From Rhabdothermincola salaria (lineage in GTDB: Bacteria > Actinomycetota > Acidimicrobiia > Acidimicrobiales > Acidimicrobilacustridaceae), in the NCBI RefSeq assembly GCF_021246445.1, contig NZ_JAJQXW010000003.1, positions 124,001-188,000 of the forward strand: DNA of 64,000 nt, written 5' to 3'. This document shows positions 34,466-43,716 of this stretch, piece by piece. The notes under the pieces were generated by a model, which saw nothing but the letters and a program-made list of their open reading frames with translations, did no database searches and had not been told where the DNA came from. The translations under genes and the position numbers were made by a program. How positions within the stretch are numbered: position 1 is the first letter of the stretch; each line of letters opens with the position of its first letter.

Positions 34466-34756
34466 TCAGCCCAGCTTGGCGACGACGTAGTCGACGGCGT
34501 CTCGGACGGTCTTGAGGTCCTCGAGGTCCTCGTCCTCGATGCGGAACCCGACGTTGCGCTCGCCGAGCTCCTCCTCGAGCGCCTCGACGAGCTCGATCAG
34601 CGCCAGGCTGTCGGCGTCGAGGTCGTCGGCGAAGCTGTCGCCTTCGTTGATCGACGTGGGCTCGACCTCGAGGATGTCGGCCAACCGGTCACGGATCAGG
34701 TCGATGACCGCCTGGCGGTCCATCGGGGGCTGCTCGACGTGGGTCTCTGCGGGCAC
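34466..34756 (-). CDS. acpP: Acyl carrier protein
   Basis: DDLDADSLALIELVEALEEE phosphopantetheine motif; acidic; AGGAG RBS. Confidence 0.95.
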   Translation of the reverse strand: MPAETHVEQPPMDRQAVIDLIRDRLADILEVEPTSINEGDSFADDLDADSLALIELVEALEEELGERNVGFRIEDEDLEDLKTVRDAVDYVVAKLG

Positions 34757-34873
34757 GACGCTGTTCTCCTGCTCGGGGTGGGGTCGGTCGATCCTACAGT
34801 GGGCCGCGTTCGTGCGCTTGTGAACGCCGGCGGGCTCGGGCGCCGGCCGGTGGCGGCCCGCGAGGGGTGGGAT

Positions 34874-35887
34874 CTAGGCCGGGCGGATGGTGCGGGCCAG
34901 ATGGCCGACCACGTCGCCCTGGACCATGTCGCGGGCCACGCGAACGGCGTTGACCACCGCCGTGGCCGACGACGAGCCGTGGCTGATGATGCACACGCCG
35001 TCGACCCCGAGGAGCATGGCTCCGCCGGTGTTCTCGGGATCGAGCTGTTGGTGCAGCGGCACCAGCGCCGGCCACAGGGCCGCGCTGGCCTCCCGGGCCT
35101 CGTCGGAGGAGTCGAAGGCGGCGAGCAGCCCGGCGACGATGGCCTCGAGGCCGCCCTCGAGGGTCTTGAGGGCCACGTTGCCCGTGAAGCCGTCGGTGAC
35201 CACCACGTCGGCGGCGTCGGTCATGAGGTCACGCCCCTCGACGTTGCCGGCGAAGGTCGCCCCGGCGGTGGCCAGCCACTCGCCCTCGGCCAGCAGGGCG
35301 TGCGTCTCCTTCACCAGGGGGGATCCCTTGGTGGGCTCCTCGCCGATGGAGAGCAGCGCCACTCGCGGCTCGGCCACCCCGAAGCGCTCGCGGGCGTAGA
35401 CCGCCCCCATCTGGGCGAACTGCACCAGCCACTCGGGGCTGCACTCGGCGTTGGCCCCGGCATCGAGCAGGACGGTCGGGGTCGACCCCAACACCGGGAT
35501 CGGCGTGGCGATCGCCGGACGCTGCACGCCCTTGATGCGCCCCATCCGCAGCAAGGCGCTGGCCATGGTGGCCCCGGTGTTGCCGGCGCTGACCATGGCC
35601 GATGCTCGGCCGTCGCGCACGGCCTCGGCGGCGCGCACCAGCGAGGAGTCCTTCATGCGCCGGACGCTGGCGGCGGCGTCGGCATCCATGGCGATGACCT
35701 CGGAGGCCGGGATCACCTCGAGCCCACCGGTGTCGGTGAGCTCCTCGGGCCGGCCCACCAACACGACGGGGACGCCGAGCTCGTCGACCGCCCGGAGGGC
35801 GCCGGCCACGATCTCACCCGGTGCCTTGTCGCCGCCCATGGCGTCGACGGCGATCGGGAGCATGGGCCCGGTGGAGGCGTCGGTCAC
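34874..35887 (-). CDS. plsX: Phosphate acyltransferase PlsX
   Basis: IAVDAMGGDKAP, VSAGNTGA, RPAI, LLDAGANA, GNVEGRD, TDGFTGNVALK, SHGSS. Confidence 0.97.
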   Translation of the reverse strand: MTDASTGPMLPIAVDAMGGDKAPGEIVAGALRAVDELGVPVVLVGRPEELTDTGGLEVIPASEVIAMDADAAASVRRMKDSSLVRAAEAVRDGRASAMVSAGNTGATMASALLRMGRIKGVQRPAIATPIPVLGSTPTVLLDAGANAECSPEWLVQFAQMGAVYARERFGVAEPRVALLSIGEEPTKGSPLVKETHALLAEGEWLATAGATFAGNVEGRDLMTDAADVVVTDGFTGNVALKTLEGGLEAIVAGLLAAFDSSDEAREASAALWPALVPLHQQLDPENTGGAMLLGVDGVCIISHGSSSATAVVNAVRVARDMVQGDVVGHLARTIRPA

Positions 35888-35900
35888 GGGCTGCCCGACG

Positions 35901-36080
35901 TCAGTCGACGTCGATGGCCTGGCGGCCGTGGTACCAGCCGCAGTTGCCGCACACCACGTGCGGGCGCTTCACGGCGCCGCAACGCGGGCAGGTGCTGCGC
36001 GAAGGGACGCTGAGGCGCCATGCCGACGCCCGGCGGCTGCGGCTCTTCGACTTGGAGGTCTTCTTCTTGGGGACGGCCAT
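35901..36080 (-). CDS. rpmF: 50S ribosomal protein L32 (Zn-binding form)
   Basis: MAVPKKKTSKSKSRSRR...CPRCG...PHVVCGNCGWY. Confidence 0.97.
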   Translation of the reverse strand: MAVPKKKTSKSKSRSRRASAWRLSVPSRSTCPRCGAVKRPHVVCGNCGWYHGRQAIDVD

Positions 36081-36173
36081 CGTTCTTCCTGGCGCGAGGG
36101 GGCTCGAACGGCCCGCGGCTTGGGGGACCCCCCGGCGCGGCACAGAGCCGGCCCGGGGCACGAAGGCGAGAGT

Positions 36174-36722
36174 CTATCCCCGGTCGTCGTCGGAATCGAA
36201 GTGCAGCTCGGAGAGGGCCGCCCAGCGGGGGTCGCCTCCGGGGGCGTCGTCGGTCTCGTCGTCGGGTGGGGACTCGCCCACCTGGTCGCCCGGGAGCGCC
36301 GGGAACAGCTCTGGCGCAGGACCACGGCAGTCCGGCCCGCACAGGGGAGCGAGCGGGAGCGCCAGCAGGGCGGCGTCGCGCACCATCGGTTCGAGGTCGA
36401 CGGTGTCGTCGCTGCACGGGTAGGTCTCGCCCTCCACCGGGTGGGGTTCGAAGATCTCCTTGACGTCGGCGCGGGTCTCGGCGCGCACCGCCGTGAGGCA
36501 ACGCCGGCAGTCGCCCTCCCACGGCACGGTGACGCTGCCGGTGGCGACGACGCCGGTGCTCAGGGCCTCCAGCTCGACGTCGACGAGGACGTCGGCACCA
36601 TCGGGCACCAGCGCCGTGGTGATGGCCAGCCCGGCCATGGGCACCCGCTCCGTGAACCGGCGGCGGCTGCCCGGGCGCCGCCGCAGCTCGGCGATGGGCA
36701 CCACGAGGGGCCGTGTGGTCAT
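36174..36722 (-). CDS. yceD: YceD/DUF177 family protein
   Basis: CRRCL, VDLEPMVRDA.LLALP..PLC.PDCRG, DPRWAAL; upstream of rpmF. Confidence 0.92.
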   Translation of the reverse strand: MTTRPLVVPIAELRRRPGSRRRFTERVPMAGLAITTALVPDGADVLVDVELEALSTGVVATGSVTVPWEGDCRRCLTAVRAETRADVKEIFEPHPVEGETYPCSDDTVDLEPMVRDAALLALPLAPLCGPDCRGPAPELFPALPGDQVGESPPDDETDDAPGGDPRWAALSELHFDSDDDRG

Positions 36723-36771
36723 CGGTGCCCTCCTGTGGGGCCGCGCCGCGATGGCACGGACCGGGACGTGA

Positions 36772-37599
36772 TCAGGACAGGTCCTGATCGAAGAACGTGG
36801 CCTCCGCGTCGTCGCGGTCGGATGCGGCCGAGGGCGGGGGCGGCCGCTTGGAGTGGTCCTCCGCGCCGCTGCGCCGAGCCGCCCGCGCCGCGCTCAGCTC
36901 GTCGTCCGCGGCGTCGGAGTCGTCGGTGTCGTCGGTGTCGTCGTCGATGCTCCCGGCGGCGCGCTCGGCGGGGTCGTCGTCGGCCACGAGCGGCGCACCG
37001 GCCCGGAGGTCGTCGTGGAGGGTGCCGCGGTCGGCGCCGGTGGTGCCCAGCGGCGGGGTCTCGGCTGCCTCCTCGAGCAGGTTGGTGCCTTGGAGCTTGG
37101 TCCGGCCCGCGGCGACGAGCTTCTGGGTGCGCTCGAGCACGATCTCGAAGCTGGCCAGCTTCTGGTCGCAGAAGTCCTCCACCTCGTGGCGCAGCCGGCG
37201 AGCGTCGGCCTCGGCGGCGTCGACGATGCCGTAGGCGCGGTGCTCGGCCGCCTTGACGACCTCGGTGCGCTGCACCATGCGCTCGGCGCGAGCGCGCGCC
37301 TGCTCCACGATCTCGTCGGCCTCGTGGCGGGTGCGGGCCAGGAACTCCTCGCGCTCCTTCAGCAACCACCGCGACGCCCGGAGCTCCTCGGGGAGGCGTT
37401 CGAGCGCCTCGTCGATCAGTTCGAGCACCTCGTCCTTGGCGATCATCGACGACGCCGACAACGGCACCGGCCGGGCCGCGTCGATGATGTCGCGCAGGTG
37501 CAACAGCACGTCCTCGGTCTCCGCCGGGTGGTACTGCGCCCCGACGGGTGGAGGGGTGAGGTCGAGGTCGAGATCGCTCTCGGGGTCGAAGTCGCTCAC
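36772..37599 (-). CDS. Coiled-coil SepIVA/DivIVA-like protein with acidic tail
   Basis: IIDAARPVPLSAS...LPEELRASRWLLKEREE...EVVKAAE..A; conserved position between coaD and yceD. Confidence 0.75.
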   Translation of the reverse strand: MSDFDPESDLDLDLTPPPVGAQYHPAETEDVLLHLRDIIDAARPVPLSASSMIAKDEVLELIDEALERLPEELRASRWLLKEREEFLARTRHEADEIVEQARARAERMVQRTEVVKAAEHRAYGIVDAAEADARRLRHEVEDFCDQKLASFEIVLERTQKLVAAGRTKLQGTNLLEEAAETPPLGTTGADRGTLHDDLRAGAPLVADDDPAERAAGSIDDDTDDTDDSDAADDELSAARAARRSGAEDHSKRPPPPSAASDRDDAEATFFDQDLS

Positions 37600-38072
37600 G
37601 TTCCGCTCTCCTTGAGCCGTTTGGCGACCGACTGGGGCACCATCCCGGAGATGTCGCCGCCGAAGCGGTGCACCTCGCGGATGAGCCGGGAGGCCAGGAA
37701 GGAGTTGCCCGACGCCGAGGGGATGAAGAGCGTGTCGACGCCGGAGATCTTGTGGTTCATCTGGGCCATCTGCAGCTCGGACTCGAAGTCCGAGACCGCC
37801 CGGAGGCCCTTGACGATGAAGTCGGCCCGCAGGTCGCGGGCCAGGTCGACGACCAGCGAGGCGAACATGGTGACGGTGACGTTGTCGAGGTGCCCGACGG
37901 TCTCCTCGAGCATCTCGCGCCGCTCGTCGAGGTTGAACAGCGGTGTCCCCTTCTGCGGGTTGCGCATGGCGGCCACGACCACGTGATCGAAGAGGCGCGC
38001 AGCCGTCTCGATGATCTCGAGATGGCCGTTGTGGATCGGATCGAACGATCCGGGATAGAGCACGCGGGTCAC
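37596..38072 (-). CDS. coaD: Phosphopantetheine adenylyltransferase
   Basis: YPGSFDPIHNGHLEII, IVKGLRAVSDFESELQMAQMN. Confidence 0.97.
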   Translation of the reverse strand: MTRVLYPGSFDPIHNGHLEIIETAARLFDHVVVAAMRNPQKGTPLFNLDERREMLEETVGHLDNVTVTMFASLVVDLARDLRADFIVKGLRAVSDFESELQMAQMNHKISGVDTLFIPSASGNSFLASRLIREVHRFGGDISGMVPQSVAKRLKESGT

Positions 38073-38662
38073 GAAGGCTCCGGCGGGGGGCTCGTAGGGC
38101 GAGTGATGGAGAGGAGCGTATCGCCGTACCTCTTCTCCCTCAGGACATGCCAGCCAGGCGGTACGGCCACCGAACGTGACGACTCGAGGACCACCACGCC
38201 CGTGGGGGCGAGCGCTCCGACCAGCTCGAGCAGCCGGGCCCACTCCTCGGCGGTGGTCGCATAGGGCGGATCGAGGAGCACGAGGTCGAAGCGGCTCGGG
38301 GTGGGCGCGCCCGGGGCGGACGAGTTCTCTCCCGTCCAGCGTCGGAGCAGGTCGAGGGCGTCGCCGCCGACCACCTCGGCGGCCCCGGCCAGGTCGGTGG
38401 CCGCGAGGTTGGCCTCCACGACCTGGCGGGCCCGCCTCGCCCGTTCGACGAAGACGCACTGCGTCGCCCCACGCGACAGCGCCTCGATCCCGAGCGCCCC
38501 CGAGCCGGCGAAGAGGTCCAGGACCCGGGCGCCGTCGACGGCGTCGAGGCTGTGCAGGGCGTTGAAGAGCGCCTCGCGCACCCGGTCGAGGGTGGGACGG
38601 GTGTCGGCCCCGGGCGGCGCCTGCAACCGTCGTCCTCTCGCGCTGCCGGCCACGACCCTCAT
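38069..38662 (-). CDS. rsmD: 16S rRNA m2G966 methyltransferase
   Basis: MRVVAGSARGRRL, TRPTLDRVREALFN, LDLFAGSGALGIEALSRGA, LDPPY, KRYGDT. Confidence 0.95.
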   Translation of the reverse strand: MRVVAGSARGRRLQAPPGADTRPTLDRVREALFNALHSLDAVDGARVLDLFAGSGALGIEALSRGATQCVFVERARRARQVVEANLAATDLAGAAEVVGGDALDLLRRWTGENSSAPGAPTPSRFDLVLLDPPYATTAEEWARLLELVGALAPTGVVVLESSRSVAVPPGWHVLREKRYGDTLLSITRPTSPPPEPS

Positions 38663-38722
38663 CGGCCCCGACGCTACGCCCGTCCGTGGCCTCCACCCGA
38701 ACGAGCGACCTAGCCTCGGGGC

Positions 38723-38896
38723 ATGGAAGCCGAGCTGGGGATGACGTGCGTCGACTGCGGTGGCACGTTGCACCCGCTCTCCTATCCGCCCGAGGACGGA
38801 TGGGAGCCGGGTGACGTCGTGGCCTACCGGTGTCCGGACTGCAACGAGCGCTTCGACATCGTGCTGCCCGACCTCGACGACACCGACGCCTACTGA
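38723..38896 (+). CDS. 57-aa zinc-ribbon-like protein (absent from the ORF track)
   Basis: MEAELGMTCVDCGGTLHPLSYPPEDGWEPGDVVAYRCPDCNERFDIVLPDLDDTDAY*; two CxxC; TAGCCT 6 nt before the ATG. Confidence 0.8.
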   Translation: MEAELGMTCVDCGGTLHPLSYPPEDGWEPGDVVAYRCPDCNERFDIVLPDLDDTDAY

Positions 38897-38943
38897 CCCC
38901 ACCTGCACCCACCCCGATGTCTGCAGAGCGCCCTGCGTCGTAC

Positions 38944-38986
38944 CTGTCAGGAAAGGGCGCTGAACGCTGACGCCCTTTCCCGACAG
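38944..38986. terminator. 16-bp inverted repeat (one mismatch, G-U on the minus strand) between convergent genes
   Basis: CTGTCAGGAAAGGGCG-N11-CGCCCTTTCCCGACAG. Confidence 0.6.
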
Positions 38987-39046
38987 CTATGGGGGTGAAG
39001 AGGGGTGATGGGGTGGAGCGGGGCGGGCGGGTGGGCGGGTGGGCGG

Positions 39047-41197
39047 TCAGCCCTTCAGGAGGAACTCGGCGTCGTCGTCGCCGAGGAGGAGCTCGACCTC
39101 CTCGCCCAGCAGCCAGTGCCGGTCGAGACCCGGATCGGCGTCGACGAGCTCGACGGCCACCTCTCGGGCCTTCACGACCCACTCGCGGTCGCGTCGCAAC
39201 GAGGCCAGCTTCAGGTCGTTCTGACCCTTCTGGCGCTCCCCCATGATCGTGCCCTCCCCCCGCAGATCGAGGTCGACCTCGGCCAGCTCGAAGCCGTCGG
39301 TGGAACGCACCAGGGCCTCCAGGCGGGCTTCTCCGTCGGGGGTGGTCGCCTCGCCGACCAGCCAGCACTGCGACGCATCGGCTCCCCGCCCGACGCGGCC
39401 ACGGAGCTGGTGGAGCTGGGCGATCCCGAAGCGGGCGGCGTCGAGGATCACCATCACCGTCGCGTTGGGCACGTCGACCCCCACCTCGATGACGGTGGTG
39501 GCCACCAAGACGTCGAGCTCGCCGCGGCGGAAGGCCTCCATGACCGTGTCCTTGTCGGCGGCCGGCACCCGCCCGTGCAACAGGCCGACCCGCAGGCCGG
39601 AGAGCTCGCCGGCGGTCAGCTCCGCGTGGGTCTCCTCCGCGGAACGGGCCTCCAGCTTCTCGCTCTCGTCGATCAACGGGCAGACCACGTAGGCCTGGCG
39701 CCCGGCCGCCACCTCGGCCCGCACCTGCTCCCAGACCTCGGCCTCGTCGAGCTCGCTGCGGGCCCACCGCGTCACGATCGGTGTCCGTCCCGGTGGGAGC
39801 TCGTCGAGGACGGAGACATCGAGGTCGCCGTAGACGGTCATGGCCGCCGTGCGGGGGATCGGGGTGGCGGTCATCACCAGCACGTCCGGCACGGCCCCGC
39901 CGCGGCCCTTGGCCCGCAGGGCCGCCCGCTGCTCGACCCCGAAGCGGTGCTGCTCGTCGATGACCACCACCCCCAACGACTGGAACTCGATGCCGTCGGA
40001 GATCAGGGCGTGGGTGCCGATGACCAGATCGACGCTGCCCGCAGCCAGGTCGGCGAGGAGGCGCCGGCGCTCCCCCGCCGGTGTGCGGTTGGTGAGCAGC
40101 ACCACGCGCAGCGGCCGGTCGAGCCCGGCGCCGCCGAAGAGGCTGTCGTCGTCGGTGTCGGGCACGGTGAAGCCGTCGAGGAGCTGGCGGATGCCCAGGT
40201 GGTGCTGCTCGGCGAGGACCTCGGTGGGGGCCATCAGCGCGCCCTGGTGCCCACCCTGCACCGCCGCGAGCAGCGCGCTCACCGCCACCACGGTCTTGCC
40301 CGCGCCCACGTCGCCCTGCAGGAGCCGGTGCATGGGGTGGCCACGACCGAGGTCGTCGAGGATCTCGCCGAGGGTGCGCTGCTGGGCACCGGTGAGGTCG
40401 TAGGGCAGACGGTCGCGGAAGCGTTCGACGAGCGGCCCCCCGGCCTCCCCCGGACCCACCACGTGGGTCACGCCCACGGCGGTGCGTTCGAGCTCCCGCT
40501 TGCGCTGCACCAGCTCGACCTGGACGCGCAGCAGCTCGTCGAACACGAGTCGGCGGCGAGCGTCGGCGGCCGCCTTCATCGACTCTGGGGCGTGGATGTC
40601 GTGGAAGGCGACGGTGCGGTCGACGAACCCGAACCGCCGGCGCATGGGCTCGTCGAGGGGGTCGGCGAACTCGCCGGCCCGCCGCAGCGTCTCCTCCACG
40701 AAGCGGGCGATGTCCCAGCTCATCACCCCGGCCTTCTCGCTCTGGGGGTAGACGGGCACGATGCGACCGGTGCGGTCGCCGATCAGGTCGACGACCGGGT
40801 TGGTCATCTGGCGCCGACCCTGGAACACCTCGGTGCGACCGAACAGCACGACGTCGGTGCCCGCCTTGAGCTGGCGCTCCCGGAAGGGCTGGTTGAAGAA
40901 CGTCAGCCGGAGGTGGCCGCTGCCGTCGCTCACGTCGGAGGTGACGAGCGACTTGCCGTTGCGGGTGCGTCGGGCGGTGGTGTGGACCACCTTCACCAGC
41001 ACGGTGGCCTCCTCACCCACGTCGAGGTCGGCCAGGCGCGCCTGGTTGGTGCGGTCGATGTAGCGCCGCGGGTAGTAGGTGAGCAGGTCGAGCACCGTGG
41101 CGATGCCGACCTTGGCCAACGCCTTGGCCCGGGCGTCGCCCACCCCCTTCAGCTCCGTGACCGGGAGGGCGGCGAGCTGGGAGAGCCGCCGGGACAT
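39047..41197 (-). CDS. recG: ATP-dependent DNA helicase RecG
   Basis: RLLQGDVGAGKT, MAPTEVLAEQH, IDEQHRFGVEQR, MTATPIPRT, HQLRGRVGRG, DGFELAEVDL.LRG.G. Confidence 0.98.
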   Translation of the reverse strand: MSRRLSQLAALPVTELKGVGDARAKALAKVGIATVLDLLTYYPRRYIDRTNQARLADLDVGEEATVLVKVVHTTARRTRNGKSLVTSDVSDGSGHLRLTFFNQPFRERQLKAGTDVVLFGRTEVFQGRRQMTNPVVDLIGDRTGRIVPVYPQSEKAGVMSWDIARFVEETLRRAGEFADPLDEPMRRRFGFVDRTVAFHDIHAPESMKAAADARRRLVFDELLRVQVELVQRKRELERTAVGVTHVVGPGEAGGPLVERFRDRLPYDLTGAQQRTLGEILDDLGRGHPMHRLLQGDVGAGKTVVAVSALLAAVQGGHQGALMAPTEVLAEQHHLGIRQLLDGFTVPDTDDDSLFGGAGLDRPLRVVLLTNRTPAGERRRLLADLAAGSVDLVIGTHALISDGIEFQSLGVVVIDEQHRFGVEQRAALRAKGRGGAVPDVLVMTATPIPRTAAMTVYGDLDVSVLDELPPGRTPIVTRWARSELDEAEVWEQVRAEVAAGRQAYVVCPLIDESEKLEARSAEETHAELTAGELSGLRVGLLHGRVPAADKDTVMEAFRRGELDVLVATTVIEVGVDVPNATVMVILDAARFGIAQLHQLRGRVGRGADASQCWLVGEATTPDGEARLEALVRSTDGFELAEVDLDLRGEGTIMGERQKGQNDLKLASLRRDREWVVKAREVAVELVDADPGLDRHWLLGEEVELLLGDDDAEFLLKG

Positions 41198-41204
41198 GAC
41201 GTGG

Positions 41205-42869
41205 CTACTCGATGCCGAAGAGGTACGGGTACAGCGGCTGCCCGCCGTGGTGGACCTCCACCTCGCACCCGGACCGGTTGTCGTGGACCCAGACCTCGAT
41301 GTGGCGGGTGAGGGCGGCGGTGGCGCCTTCGCCCTCGATCACCGTCACGATCTCGTGCTCCGGGCCGATGAGCTCGTGGAGGAGCTGCGTGGCGGCGTCG
41401 CCCAGCTCGGCGTCGACGGCCAAGATCCCCTCACGGGCGATGCCCAACCAGTCGCCCTCGCGGATCGGGCCCCGCTCGCAGCTCGAGTCGCGCACGGCGC
41501 GAGTGACCTCGCCGGCCACGACGTGCTCGCAGGCGGCTCGCATGGCGTCGAAGTTGGCCGCCACCGGAGAGCCCGGGTCGTAGCTCAACAGCGCGGCGAA
41601 GGCCTCGGCGATGCCGCGGGTCGGCACCACCCGCACCGTCTTGGCGGTCATGGCGTCGACCTGCTCGGCGACCGGGATGATGTTCTTGTTGTTGGGCAGG
41701 ATCAGGACCTCGTCGGCGGGTGCGGCCTCGACCGCCTCGAGGAGCTGGGCGGTGGAGGGGTTCATGGTCTGGCCTCCGGTGACGATGCCCTGGACGCCGA
41801 GGCTGTAGAAGATGCGGCGCACGCCCTCACCGACGGCGACCGCGACCACGGCACAGGGCACGGGCTCGTGGACCGTGGCCGGTTCGGCGGGCTCGGGGGC
41901 GGCCTCGCGGACCCACCGCTCCTCCTCGACCTCCTCGAAGAGGTCGGTGACCCGGATCGAGCGGGGCCGGCCGATGTCGACGGCGGCCTCGATGGCGGCG
42001 CCGATGTCGTCGGTGTGCACGTGGCAGTTCCACAGGCCGTCGCCGCCCACCACGACGATCGAGTCGCCCAGGGTGGCCCACACGTCCTTGAAGCCCGGGA
42101 TCGCCTCGTCGGGAGCCTCGAGGAAGTACATGACCTCGTAGCGCAGGTCCGCCGGACCCCCGTGGCCGTGGTGGGTGTCGTCGGAGAGGGCGGCGGCGAA
42201 GGCGGCGCTGAACTCGGCGCTCACCTCGCCGGTGGCGGGTTCGGGCAGGGGACGCCCGTCGGCGAGGTGCAGCGCCACGTCGACGAGGAGCATGAGCCCG
42301 GTGCCCCCGGAGTCGACGACGCCGGCCTCGGCCAGCACCGGGAGCAGCTCGGGGGTGCGCGCCAGCGCGTCGGAGCCACGGCGCCGACCCGCCTCGAGAG
42401 CCCCGACCAGGTCGGCGCCGTCGGCCACGGCGTCGGCGACCCCGTCGGCCACGGCCCGCACCACGGTGAGGATGGTGCCCTCGACCGGCTTCATGACCGC
42501 GCCGTAGGCCGCGGTGGCGGCGCGGTCGAGCGCAGCGGCGACGGTGGGAGGCTCGAGGTCGTCGACCTCGCGGAACACCTCGCAGAGGCCCCGCAGGATC
42601 TGCGAGAGGATCACGCCGGAGTTGCCCCGGGCCCCCATGAGCGAGCCGTGGCTGATGGCCTGGCACACCGAGGCCATGCCCGGTTCGGCACCCTCGACCT
42701 CGGTCACCACCGAGGCCATGGTGAGCGACATGTTGGTGCCCGTGTCGCCGTCGGGGACCGGGTAGACGTTGAGGCGGTTGATGGCCTCACGGTGAACGGC
42801 GAGGATCTCGGCGTAGCCCCGTACGAGGTCACGCAGGTCGTCGGCGGTGAGTCGCTCCAGCACTGGCAC
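41205..42869 (-). CDS. DAK2-domain fatty acid kinase subunit A-like protein (YloV/FakA)
   Basis: INRLNVYPVPDGDTGTNM, GARGNSGVILSQ, PVEGTILTV, GGQTMNPST, LPNNKNI, GGQPLYPY. Confidence 0.93.
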   Translation of the reverse strand: MPVLERLTADDLRDLVRGYAEILAVHREAINRLNVYPVPDGDTGTNMSLTMASVVTEVEGAEPGMASVCQAISHGSLMGARGNSGVILSQILRGLCEVFREVDDLEPPTVAAALDRAATAAYGAVMKPVEGTILTVVRAVADGVADAVADGADLVGALEAGRRRGSDALARTPELLPVLAEAGVVDSGGTGLMLLVDVALHLADGRPLPEPATGEVSAEFSAAFAAALSDDTHHGHGGPADLRYEVMYFLEAPDEAIPGFKDVWATLGDSIVVVGGDGLWNCHVHTDDIGAAIEAAVDIGRPRSIRVTDLFEEVEEERWVREAAPEPAEPATVHEPVPCAVVAVAVGEGVRRIFYSLGVQGIVTGGQTMNPSTAQLLEAVEAAPADEVLILPNNKNIIPVAEQVDAMTAKTVRVVPTRGIAEAFAALLSYDPGSPVAANFDAMRAACEHVVAGEVTRAVRDSSCERGPIREGDWLGIAREGILAVDAELGDAATQLLHELIGPEHEIVTVIEGEGATAALTRHIEVWVHDNRSGCEVEVHHGGQPLYPYLFGIE

Positions 42870-43030
42870 GGGTGGGGATCGTAGTGACCCGGGGCCACCC
42901 GACCCCCGCCACGACCGCTACCGGACCCGCCGACGGGCGGCCGCGATGGACGAGTTGGGCCCCGGTCGCCCTCCCGGGTAGGGTTCCTCGTTCGTTTGCG
43001 TCGTCTTCTTCGTCCCGAGGTGGTCTCCCC

Positions 43031-43225
43031 ATGGCATCCATTTGCGAGGTGTGCGGAAAGCACCCGTCGTTCGGCATGGCGGTGAGCCACTCCCACCGGC
43101 GGACCAAGCGCCGGTGGAACCCGAACATCCAGCGGGTGCGCGCCGTCATCAACGGCTCCACCAAGCGCATCGACGTGTGCACCTCGTGCATCCGTGCGGG
43201 CAAGGTCACCAAGGCGGTCCGCTGA
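43031..43225 (+). CDS. rpmB: 50S ribosomal protein L28 (Cys-containing form)
   Basis: MASICEVCGKHPSFGMAVSHSHRRTKRRWNPNIQRV...VCTSCIRAGKV. Confidence 0.98.
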   Translation: MASICEVCGKHPSFGMAVSHSHRRTKRRWNPNIQRVRAVINGSTKRIDVCTSCIRAGKVTKAVR

Positions 43226-43227
43226 CC

Positions 43228-43521
43228 GTGGCCGAGGCCGCCGTCCTGCAAGGGGTCGTCAAGTCCTTCGATCCCATCGGCGGCGACGGGGTCGTGGTGT
43301 GCGACGCCGATCTCGCCGAGTACGAGCTGTCCCGCACCGCCCTGGACGAGTCCGTCTTCCGCATGCTGCGCCAAGGCCAGCGGGTGGTGTTCGAGCTCGA
43401 CGACCGAGCCATGGCCACCCGGCTCCGCATGGGCTCGGAGGCCGACATGGGCACCCCCGGGTTCCCCGCGGCGCACCCCGACGACGCCCAGCACCCGCAG
43501 GGCGGCGAACCGGCCGTCTGA
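43228..43521 (+). CDS. Cold-shock/OB-fold-like hypothetical protein
   Basis: QGVVKSFDPIGGDGVV...FRMLRQGQRVVFEL resembles CSD strands; starts 2 nt after rpmB. Confidence 0.65.
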   Translation: MAEAAVLQGVVKSFDPIGGDGVVVCDADLAEYELSRTALDESVFRMLRQGQRVVFELDDRAMATRLRMGSEADMGTPGFPAAHPDDAQHPQGGEPAV

Positions 43522-43716
43522 CCCCTCGGTCGGGCCCACCGGCCGTGTCCACGGCCAGGGGACCCTTCTCGCGGTGACCACCGGCTGGCTCGCCGCGGCG
43601 CCGGGGCCTCTAGGATGGCTGTTCACCTGGAGAGCACGGTGTCGTCACCTCGTTCCCCGGGCCCATCCCCCCGGGCTCTCGAGGAGAGCCGCGACGACAA
43701 CGATGTCGGAGGTGCC

